Assembly (NCBI GenBank): GCA_964640945.1
Contig: CAZXIV010000003.1
Span: 28,083 to 92,082, forward strand
Source of the DNA: an uncultured Candidatus Peribacteria bacterium
GTDB taxonomy: Bacteria; Patescibacteriota; Gracilibacteria; Peribacterales; Peribacteraceae
Reading direction: 5' to 3'
DNA length: 64,000 nt
Every line of letters starts with the position of its first letter. The first letter of the stretch is position 1. The notes beneath the pieces were generated by a model. The model searched no databases, had not been told where the DNA came from, and saw only the letters and a program-made list of their open reading frames with translations. A program made the translations under genes and the position numbers. Shown here piece after piece: positions 26,596-35,297 of the stretch.

Positions 26596-29500
26596 ATGCT
26601 CCGCCTTCCCGCCGACGTCCAGGCCTTCCTCCAATCCGAAGCGCGCGCCCTCGCCCCCGGAGAGAACGTGACGCAAGCACGAAGCGACACGCTCATCGCC
26701 GCAGTAGTGGCGCAGAGCACGCAGGCGACGGTGACCGAGACACGCGAACTCATCCACTGGCTCACGGACCTTGCGGACGTGCCCGCGCTTATCAATGCGC
26801 CCGCCGGCGAGCAGGACCTGGTGCTGCGCCTGGGCGCTCGCGCGCTCTCGACCTTTGCCCCGCAGCTTGACGACACGGCCGCGGCCCTGGCGTCGCTCAC
26901 CACCGAGGACGTGCGCGATCCTGGTAGCCGCAAGCGCGCCAAACTGAAGCAGGTGGAGCTACAGAACGCCGCCCACGACTTCATCGCGCTGGCGGCGGCC
27001 ATTGGCCCCGAAGCGGCAGTGGATGCTCTCATTGCCGCCAAGCTGACGCTCGAGTCGGACCGCGACGCCATGACTGGCATCCTGGCGCAGTACGTGGGAC
27101 ACGCCAGTGGTGGACGCGGCAACTGGGGAAACATTCTGCGGATGTTTGACGCCTTCGCCGACTCGCCGAGCATTCGCGTCTTCCTCACACACGTCCTGGA
27201 AGTGCAGGTCTACCGCTGTCTCCTGGCCCACGGCGCCGACGACCTGGACCTGCGCTCCGAAGCGGAGCACCTGACCACCATCGAACACCAAGCGAACGCC
27301 TGCCTCGACACCCTCTGGGAGAGAGCCGGCCTCGAGCCGGAGAAGCACCCTGACCTGCGCCAGGCCGTGGTGGATACATTCATCGCTGCGGCCACCATGC
27401 CCATCCCCGATGTGTTCGTCGACAGCCTCGACGACCACCACGGCAAACCGAAGCCTTTCCCATCGTTCGCCCAGCGCGTGGCAACGCAGCGCCTACTCAC
27501 GCACGGCGACCAATACCTCTGCCTGCCGACCGGCCGCGGGAAGACGGCTATCCCCTTCTTGGCTTGGGAGATCCGTCGCCGCCAGCGAGGAAACCAGGAG
27601 AACCAATTCCTCGGCATCTACCCGCCGAACATGACGCGCGCCGTTGCCAACCGACTGACGCCACAGCCCGGCCTGGGCGACGTCCAGCGCTACTACCGTG
27701 CGGGCCAGGCGCCGGGCGTGGGCGTGATCAGCGAGGGAATCACGCCAGAAGATTGCGCCGCCGCCCTAGAACAGCCAATCGTCTTGGTCTCCGACACCAT
27801 GCTCGATTCCGTCCGTAACGGTGCCAGTATTTTGGAAAGCCTCTGCGCCCAGAAGCGCGCCGAACTGACCTACGACGAGCTGCATCGCGCCAACGGGGGC
27901 GGCGACCGGAGCTACAACGCGCAACGGCTCATCGATACCAGCACCTACGCCAGCGGTACGTCCGCCACCCCGCAGCTGAACGGCAGCCTCGCGGGCATCC
28001 GCGCCGCCGCCACGCTCTTTCTGCGCCAACAGACCGCCGACGACCGGTGGGGCGAGCACGCTCGCGTGCGTCCCGACCTCGACACATCGGTGGCGGAGTT
28101 TCGCTCGGCGCTGCGCCGCGTGCTCTTTAACCCCGAGCCGCCGTCGCGCTGGTCGGAATGGTTCCATCAATGCCGCCTCCGCCAGAACCCGGCCGAAGTG
28201 CGGGTGATGAACCGCATTACGCGCGACCGCGAGCTAGACGCCGGCGCCCGTCACGTGCAGGCCGAGCTGGCCCTGCTCGCCCCTTGGCTCTTCGCCGGCG
28301 GCGACCGTGATGACCCGACCCTGCTCACCCACCTTACGCGCGAGATCCGCCAGCTCTTCGCCGAAAAACCCGACGTGCATTCCAGCCTCGTGGCCGTCGA
28401 CTGGTTGAAGTCCGGCGTGTTCGTGCGCCATCATGATTTTCCTGGCCGGGAGTCATTCCTTGAGCGCCTGCAGGACTGGGGCACGACCGAGAACGAGCGC
28501 GCGCCCATGCGCCCACTGGAGATCCACGCCATCTGGGGCGATACGCCGCAACGGCAGCGCGAGCAGATTTTCGCCGCCGCCCGCACCGCTCAGGAACGCC
28601 AGGTGACAGTGGTTATCCTCGCCCAACGCGAGACGGTGAACATCGGCATTGATCTCCGCTGCATCGACGATATCCGCTACCTCGGCCACCCGACCAACCT
28701 TGCCATCCTCGACCAGCTGAGCGGCCGGGCCAACCGCGCCGGGCGCACGCAGGTACCGCTGACGCTGAGTTACTTTGACGAGACGTTGCAGGCCGGCAAG
28801 CGTCTCTTGGCGCATCACCGGAATAAGGAGGAACTGGCCGTACTTGCGCCCGACCAGCCCATCACCACGCGCCGCTTTCGCCACATCTACAACCCAGGCA
28901 CCAGTCCTGAGGCCGACGTGCGGGAAGGGCGTGTCATGCGTTATCTTGAACACCCCGATGAGCGCCATGAGCGCCTAACGCAGCATGTCCACGGCCGCGG
29001 CGCCGCTTTGGTGGCGCGTCACCTCGACCGTGCCCCGGTCTGGACGGACTGGCTCAGCCACCGCCGGAACCGCGACCAACTCGGCAGCGGCGACGCCAAC
29101 CGCTTCGTGAGCGCCTTCGCCCTGGCGGAACGCGCCCATCTCCCCGAGGCATTACACTCCCGGCCGATTGTCTCGTTCGGCGCTGCGGGCGCCGTGCTGA
29201 GCGAAGACTGGCGCCGTCTCGCACCCACCCTGGAAGCGGAAATTATCGAATGTCATCCCACGGAACGAATCCGCCAGCATGAACAGGAGGCCGTGCCGCT
29301 CGCCACTGAGGGCACAATGATCCGCAGCACATCGACAGTGATGCAGGCTCCTCATCTACGCAAAAAAATGACGGATGCAATCGAAACGTTGCCCGCCAAT
29401 CTGCGCTGGGGAAACGCCGGCCAGGTCGTGCTTACTGGTCTTGAGAACTTTGGCTGGTCCGACAACGAGATCGATGAGCGCAATGAGCGCCAAATCGAAC

Positions 29501-30177
29501 GCGGCCGCGCGCTCATCCACGCCCGCCGTTTACTCCCCGATGACGGCTTGTTGACGCTCTTCCTACCGGTGACGGCTTGCACGTACGCCCAATTCAACCG
29601 CCTCTGCACCGAGGTGCTGCCGCAATTCGGCTTCAGCGTGAATAACAACCGCAGCGGCCAGATGTCGCCAGCTGATACAAACGTCGCCGGCTACCAAGAA
29701 GGCGGTCAGGGCGGCTACATCATCAGCGCCACCGCCGTGTCGCCGGAAGGCTTCCGGCCGCACTGGCGGTCGCTCCGCCGGGTTGTCACCCCCGACACCC
29801 TCGCCCTCACCCCTCGCTCGGGACAGAGCGAGAGCCAGCAAAACGGGCTCCGCCAGCGTCGCCGCCTGCCCGAGCAATTTGTTCATCGCGAATTCTCCGT
29901 CCAGACGCGCAGCCGAAGCGCACTCGCCTGCCGTTATACGCATTACCTGCCGCACCGCGCCGAACAGGAGGCGCGCCTGGCAGAGCTGGCCGGTATTGTC
30001 CGGGCCATCCGCCACTTGGCGCCAGACCCAACCGCCTGGCAGACACCGGATAACCGCCGACAGCAAGCCCTCCACAACCTGGGCGCCGAATTGGACGCCA
30101 GTGGCCGCTACCCGCGTTTTATACTCAGGAGCCACCCGGAGGATGTGTTTCGACCCTACGATACCCTCTGGGGCTGA
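26596..30177 (+). CDS. Superfamily-2 (DExH-type) helicase-domain protein with long N- and C-terminal extensions
   Basis: Motif I is CLPTGRGKTAIPF, motif II is TYDELHRA, motif III is SGTSATP and motif VI is QLSGRANRAGR. Starts 7 nt after the giant ORF. Confidence 0.8.
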   Translation: MLRLPADVQAFLQSEARALAPGENVTQARSDTLIAAVVAQSTQATVTETRELIHWLTDLADVPALINAPAGEQDLVLRLGARALSTFAPQLDDTAAALASLTTEDVRDPGSRKRAKLKQVELQNAAHDFIALAAAIGPEAAVDALIAAKLTLESDRDAMTGILAQYVGHASGGRGNWGNILRMFDAFADSPSIRVFLTHVLEVQVYRCLLAHGADDLDLRSEAEHLTTIEHQANACLDTLWERAGLEPEKHPDLRQAVVDTFIAAATMPIPDVFVDSLDDHHGKPKPFPSFAQRVATQRLLTHGDQYLCLPTGRGKTAIPFLAWEIRRRQRGNQENQFLGIYPPNMTRAVANRLTPQPGLGDVQRYYRAGQAPGVGVISEGITPEDCAAALEQPIVLVSDTMLDSVRNGASILESLCAQKRAELTYDELHRANGGGDRSYNAQRLIDTSTYASGTSATPQLNGSLAGIRAAATLFLRQQTADDRWGEHARVRPDLDTSVAEFRSALRRVLFNPEPPSRWSEWFHQCRLRQNPAEVRVMNRITRDRELDAGARHVQAELALLAPWLFAGGDRDDPTLLTHLTREIRQLFAEKPDVHSSLVAVDWLKSGVFVRHHDFPGRESFLERLQDWGTTENERAPMRPLEIHAIWGDTPQRQREQIFAAARTAQERQVTVVILAQRETVNIGIDLRCIDDIRYLGHPTNLAILDQLSGRANRAGRTQVPLTLSYFDETLQAGKRLLAHHRNKEELAVLAPDQPITTRRFRHIYNPGTSPEADVREGRVMRYLEHPDERHERLTQHVHGRGAALVARHLDRAPVWTDWLSHRRNRDQLGSGDANRFVSAFALAERAHLPEALHSRPIVSFGAAGAVLSEDWRRLAPTLEAEIIECHPTERIRQHEQEAVPLATEGTMIRSTSTVMQAPHLRKKMTDAIETLPANLRWGNAGQVVLTGLENFGWSDNEIDERNERQIERGRALIHARRLLPDDGLLTLFLPVTACTYAQFNRLCTEVLPQFGFSVNNNRSGQMSPADTNVAGYQEGGQGGYIISATAVSPEGFRPHWRSLRRVVTPDTLALTPRSGQSESQQNGLRQRRRLPEQFVHREFSVQTRSRSALACRYTHYLPHRAEQEARLAELAGIVRAIRHLAPDPTAWQTPDNRRQQALHNLGAELDASGRYPRFILRSHPEDVFRPYDTLWG

Positions 30178-30309
30178 GGCCGCAGCGCGACTGGCTAGAA
30201 AAGCAGAATCCGCCCTAGACCCTGGACAAAACACCCGGCAATTGGTACGCTCTAGCGCACGCCCGCCGCGCCCCGCGGCTCGTTTTTTCGTGTTCCCAAA
30301 CTCTCCGTT

Positions 30310-33198
30310 ATGGACCAGATCATCGTCCGCGGTGCCAAGATGCACAATCTGCAGAACGTCGACGTCACCATCCCTCGCGGGAAGCTGACGGTTTTCACTG
30401 GCGTCTCGGGGTCGGGTAAATCATCGCTCGCCTTCGACACGATTTTCGCGGAGGGCCAGCGCCGCTACGTGGAAAGCCTCTCGGCCTACGCCCGCCAGTT
30501 CATCGCCCAGATGGAGAAGCCTGACGTCGATTCCATCGAGGGGCTCAGCCCCGCCATCTCCATTGACCAAAAAACTGCGCCCCGGAATCCCCGCTCGACC
30601 GTCGGTACCGTCACCGAGATTTACGACTACATGCGCCTGCTCTGGGCCAAGGTGGGCCGCGTCCACTGCCCCGAATGCGCTAAGCCTCTCAAGCGCCAAA
30701 GCTCGAGCGAGATTGTGGAGACGATCAGCAAGCTACCGGAAGGCAAAAAAATCTACTTGCTGGCGCCGCTGGTGGAAGGTCGCAAGGGTGAGCACCAGAA
30801 GATGATCGACAGTATTAGGCGTGAAGGCTTCGTGCGTATGCGCATCGACGGCAAGGTGATGACGACCGATGAAGAAGTGGCTTTGGACCCCAAGAAAGTG
30901 CACACCGTTGAGATTGTCGTAGACCGCCTGGTGGTGCGCGACCTGGCGCCCAAGGACGGCGGCATCAACCCCAACCGCACGCGCCTCGCCGACTCGGTGG
31001 AACTGGCCTTGCGCAAGGGGGAGGGCCGTATCAGCGTGCTCGACTCCGAGAGCGAAGAATCCATTCGCTTCTCCGAGAACTTCGTCTGTTTCGATCACCC
31101 CACCAGCAGCATCGCCGAGATCGAGCCGCGCAGCTTCTCCTTTAACTCGCCCCACGGCGCCTGCGGCACCTGCCACGGACTCGGCTCGCTACTGCGCGTG
31201 GACGAGGACGCGATCATCCCCAATAAGAGCCTGACGCTCAACGAGGGCGTCATCCACCCCTGGGCCACCTCGGCCAGCCGGATGGGCTTTATGATGCAGC
31301 TGCTCAAAGCTCTCTCTCAGGAGGTGGGCTTCAGCCTCGACCAACCCTGGAAAGACCTGAAGCCCGAGCACCAGCGCATCGTGCTCCATGGCTACCCGCA
31401 CCCGCTCTCGGTGGAGGTGGGCACGCGCGCATTTGAGGGCTCCTATAAAACGACCTACGAGGGCGTCATCCCCAACTTGGAGCGCCGCCACAGCGAGACC
31501 GACTCGAGCTACGTCCGCCAGCAGATCGAGGAATACATGCTCGAGCTCCCCTGTCCGGATTGCGCCGGCCTCCGCTTAAAGAAGGAAGTGCTCGGCGTGA
31601 CCGTCGGCGCCAAGAACATCGTCGACGCCACCGCGCTGAGCGTGGTGCAGCTCAAGGACTTTTTCACTTCGCTCCTACCGGAGAGCAAGACCAAGGAGAG
31701 CCTGAACAAGTACGAATTCACGATCGTGAAGAAAGTGCTACTCGAGATTCTCGCTCGCCTGGATTTCCTGGAGAACGTGGGCCTCACCTACCTGACGCTC
31801 TCGCGCTCGGCCTCCACACTCTCGGGCGGTGAAGCCCAACGCATCCGCCTGGCCACGCAGATCGGCTCGGCGCTGCAGGGCGTGCTGTACGTCTTGGACG
31901 AGCCGAGCATCGGCCTCCACCAACGCGATAACTCGCGCCTCATCGGCACGCTGACAAACCTCCGCGACCTCGGCAACACCGTGCTTGTCGTCGAACACGA
32001 CGAAGAGACGATGATGGCCGCCGACCACTTGATCGAAATCGGTCCGGGAGCCGGCAAGTACGGCGGCACCATCGTCGCCCAGGGCTCGCCCAAGGATCTC
32101 ATCAAGAACTCCGACTCCGTGACCGCCCAGTACCTGAGCGGCCGCAAGAGTATCGCCATCCCCAAGCAGCGCCGCCCCGGCAACGGCGAGACGATCGAAA
32201 TTAAGGACGCCCACCACCACAACCTCCGCCACGTGGACGTCAGCCTGCCGCTGGGCACGTTCATCGGCATCTCGGGCGTATCGGGCTCGGGCAAGTCGAG
32301 CCTCATCCACGGCATCCTGGCGCCAGAGCTGCAGCGCGTCCTCAACAAAGCCCATACCAAGCCGCAGAACGTCGGCTCCATCGACGGCCTGGAGACGCTC
32401 GATAAGGCGATCGTCATCGACCAGTCGCCCATCGGCCGCACGCCGCGCAGTAACCCCGCGACCTACACCGGCATCTTCACCGACATTCGCGATCTCTTCG
32501 CCGGCACGCCGGAGGCCAAGCTCCGCGGCTACAGCCCGGGACGATTCTCCTTCAACGTCAAGGGCGGCCGCTGTGAGGAGTGCGAAGGTGACGGCTCAAA
32601 GCGCATTGAGATGCACTTCCTCCCCGACGTGTTCGTGACGTGCGAGGTCTGCCAAGGCAAGCGCTACAACCGCGAGACGCTGGAGGTGACCTACAAGGGC
32701 AAGACCATCGCCGAAGCGCTCGACATGACCGTACTCGAGGCCAGCGAGTTCCTCACGGCCATCCCGGTCCTGCAGAAAAAGTTGCAAACGCTGGTGGACG
32801 TTGGACTCGGCTACCTGCGCCTCGGCCAGAGCGCCACCACGCTTTCCGGCGGCGAGGCTCAGCGTGTGAAGCTGGCAACCGAGCTGCTCAAGCGCGCCAC
32901 CGGTTCCACCTTTTACATCCTCGACGAGCCGACGACGGGACTCCACTTTGAAGACATCCAGCTGCTGCTCGACGTGCTGCAGCGCCTGGTGGATAAGGGC
33001 AATACCGTGCTGGTGATTGAGCACAACCTCGACGTCTTAAAATCGGTGGACCACATCGTGGATATCGGCCCCGAAGGCGGCGATGAAGGCGGCGAAGTGG
33101 TGGCCACGGGCACACCCGAAACCGTGGCGAGCACCGTGCGCAGCCACACCGGCCGCTATCTAAAGGACATGTTGAAGAAGAAATATGTCGAAATCTAG
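30310..33198 (+). CDS. uvrA: Excinuclease ABC subunit A
   Basis: [50 protein letters not shown]. Two ABC modules ([24 protein letters not shown]) and zinc modules. 962 aa. Confidence 0.97.
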   Translation: MDQIIVRGAKMHNLQNVDVTIPRGKLTVFTGVSGSGKSSLAFDTIFAEGQRRYVESLSAYARQFIAQMEKPDVDSIEGLSPAISIDQKTAPRNPRSTVGTVTEIYDYMRLLWAKVGRVHCPECAKPLKRQSSSEIVETISKLPEGKKIYLLAPLVEGRKGEHQKMIDSIRREGFVRMRIDGKVMTTDEEVALDPKKVHTVEIVVDRLVVRDLAPKDGGINPNRTRLADSVELALRKGEGRISVLDSESEESIRFSENFVCFDHPTSSIAEIEPRSFSFNSPHGACGTCHGLGSLLRVDEDAIIPNKSLTLNEGVIHPWATSASRMGFMMQLLKALSQEVGFSLDQPWKDLKPEHQRIVLHGYPHPLSVEVGTRAFEGSYKTTYEGVIPNLERRHSETDSSYVRQQIEEYMLELPCPDCAGLRLKKEVLGVTVGAKNIVDATALSVVQLKDFFTSLLPESKTKESLNKYEFTIVKKVLLEILARLDFLENVGLTYLTLSRSASTLSGGEAQRIRLATQIGSALQGVLYVLDEPSIGLHQRDNSRLIGTLTNLRDLGNTVLVVEHDEETMMAADHLIEIGPGAGKYGGTIVAQGSPKDLIKNSDSVTAQYLSGRKSIAIPKQRRPGNGETIEIKDAHHHNLRHVDVSLPLGTFIGISGVSGSGKSSLIHGILAPELQRVLNKAHTKPQNVGSIDGLETLDKAIVIDQSPIGRTPRSNPATYTGIFTDIRDLFAGTPEAKLRGYSPGRFSFNVKGGRCEECEGDGSKRIEMHFLPDVFVTCEVCQGKRYNRETLEVTYKGKTIAEALDMTVLEASEFLTAIPVLQKKLQTLVDVGLGYLRLGQSATTLSGGEAQRVKLATELLKRATGSTFYILDEPTTGLHFEDIQLLLDVLQRLVDKGNTVLVIEHNLDVLKSVDHIVDIGPEGGDEGGEVVATGTPETVASTVRSHTGRYLKDMLKKKYVEI

Positions 33199-33627
33199 AC
33201 GCGATTTGACCATAGGGACCGCTCCGTCGCACCACCACGTGATTGCCGGGGCGCGCCCCTGTGGGCCATGCTTGAGCCCATGCAGCCCTCCCGCTTCAAA
33301 CAATGTGTTGACCATCTGCGCGGCCCTCTCCCTCAGCTTGGCCGCGTGCGCATCCATGCCTGCAAACAAAGGGCCCATCGCTCCTGGTTCCCAGAAGAAC
33401 GCACGCTCATCTGTGAAGTCGCGCGGGGCACTGTCGTCCGACGCCGCTTCGTCGAGCAAGCCGGCCCGCATTATGCAGCCCTCTCGCTCCAGTACCTCCT
33501 CGATGAAGCCGAGGGCCAACATCAAAGCCAAGACGACCGCGATTATGCGCTAATTGTTCCAGTCTTCGCACCGTACAGCGCGCTTCAATTTGCACCTTAT
33601 GGGCGCCGAACGTAGTCTTAAATACGC

Positions 33628-34149
33628 ATGAGACGCTTGCTGATCATCGTCGGCTTCCTGGCCGCCACCAGCGTGCCGGTCGCGATCGGGTGGGTGGCGG
33701 GAGGAAACCTGGAGGGAAAGCTCGGCTATTCGACGTACCGCCAGAGTGGGCGTGACGATGAGGCTCTGAGCCGTACAAAATCCGTGTCGAAGGCAGGGTC
33801 CGACTCCTCGTCTTCCACCATCGTCCGTCGGACATTCGTGGTGGATCAGCACGGCTTCCCGCTCACCTCCGATCCGGTGTTCGACCAGTGCTTCCGCGCC
33901 AGTTACGACCAGCACCAGCTCGCCGCACCGGCGACGGAGAAGGTTGCAGACTCACTGACGCCCAAGACCAAGGCCGTGGCCCAAGACTGCACCTCCTATC
34001 ATCCCAATGACGAGCACCGCTGGCTCATCCCCGAGCAGTCGGTGTCGTTCCAGTACGATCCGATCAAGAGGCGGTACACCCTGCCGATCGGCTTCTATCT
34101 GAAGCGCGAGATCGTGACCGATAAGACAGCCACCGGCGTGACACTCTAA
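33628..34149 (+). CDS. Hypothetical secreted protein
   Basis: N-terminal signal-like MRRLLIIVGFLAATSVPVAIG. No family motif recognised. Confidence 0.5.
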   Translation: MRRLLIIVGFLAATSVPVAIGWVAGGNLEGKLGYSTYRQSGRDDEALSRTKSVSKAGSDSSSSTIVRRTFVVDQHGFPLTSDPVFDQCFRASYDQHQLAAPATEKVADSLTPKTKAVAQDCTSYHPNDEHRWLIPEQSVSFQYDPIKRRYTLPIGFYLKREIVTDKTATGVTL

Positions 34150-34236
34150 AGGCCCGACGACCACCGGCGACGCTGCCAGTTGCAGTGCGGCGGGTCATGG
34201 GTAGAGTGCCTTCATTCACCCGCGCACCTCCCGCGC

Positions 34237-35220
34237 ATGTTTCTCCTCACTCCGTCCGTCTTCGGCTGGGACCTTCTCCTCCTGGTAGCCTTAACGGCGA
34301 GCGCGGCCGTGGCGATATTCTGCCACTGCTGGATAAGACTGCACCGCGGCCGACGCTGGTATGTGAAGGTGCCGGTTCGGTTGCTCGGATTGCTCGGTTC
34401 GATTGGCTTTGTGGCCATCGCGTACGGCTCGTTCGTCGAGCCGCAGCTCATTGTCGTCAACCGTTTCACCGTTGCCTTCCCCTCGCCGACGCCCCTCAAG
34501 ATCGCCGTCCTTTCGGACATCCACGTGGGGCCGTACAAGGACGCTGCCTTCGTCCGCCGCTTGGTGGATGAAACCAACGCCCAGCTGCCGGACATCGTGC
34601 TCTTGGCCGGTGACTTCCTCTTTGACGAAGCGAGCGACCTGGCCGGCTTGGCGCCACTGGGCAATCTGTCGGCGCCGCTCGGCGTGTTCGCGGTGACGGG
34701 TAACCACGACGCCGGACGCTTCCTCAAACTGGATATGGCCACCCCGCTGGCACGCACCGACCGCAGCGACGCCGTGGAAGCCACCCTCGAATCACTCGGC
34801 ATCCGCGTACTCCGCAACGAGCGCGCAATAGTTCGCCAGGGCAATACCTCCATCCATGTGGCGGGTATCGATGACCTCTGGTCGGATCAGCCGAGTCTGG
34901 ATACAGCTCTGGCGGGACTGCCGGCCGGCGCGCCGCTTATCCTTTTGGCACACCAGCCTGATGTGATTCTTGATACTCTGAGCGCGAAGGCCGACCTGGT
35001 GGTGGCGGGCCATACGCACGGCGGCCAGATCCGCCTGCCGTGGTACGGGCCGCTCGGGCCGATGCCGAGCAAACTCGGACGCACCTACGACCAAGGGATC
35101 TTCACCGTTGGCAACAAGACGACGCTCGCCGTCTCGCGCGGCGCCGGCGAATCGCTCCTGCGCGCCCGCCTCTTTGCTTGGCCGCAGGTGATGCTTCTGC
35201 AGACCGAGCCTCGCCCCTGA
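34237..35220 (+). CDS. Membrane-anchored metallophosphoesterase (calcineurin-like)
   Basis: IAVLSDIHVG, LLAGDFL, VTGNHD and VAGHTHGGQIRLPW motifs, preceded by two or three TM segments. Start was moved to the ATG at 34237 (MFLLTPS). Confidence 0.85.
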   Translation: MFLLTPSVFGWDLLLLVALTASAAVAIFCHCWIRLHRGRRWYVKVPVRLLGLLGSIGFVAIAYGSFVEPQLIVVNRFTVAFPSPTPLKIAVLSDIHVGPYKDAAFVRRLVDETNAQLPDIVLLAGDFLFDEASDLAGLAPLGNLSAPLGVFAVTGNHDAGRFLKLDMATPLARTDRSDAVEATLESLGIRVLRNERAIVRQGNTSIHVAGIDDLWSDQPSLDTALAGLPAGAPLILLAHQPDVILDTLSAKADLVVAGHTHGGQIRLPWYGPLGPMPSKLGRTYDQGIFTVGNKTTLAVSRGAGESLLRARLFAWPQVMLLQTEPRP

Positions 35221-35297
35221 GCGGCTGGGCCCGGGTGTAGCCGTCGCCGGAAAGCCAATTGAGATATTGGCCCAGAATGCGGTAGGATTAGGAGTCT

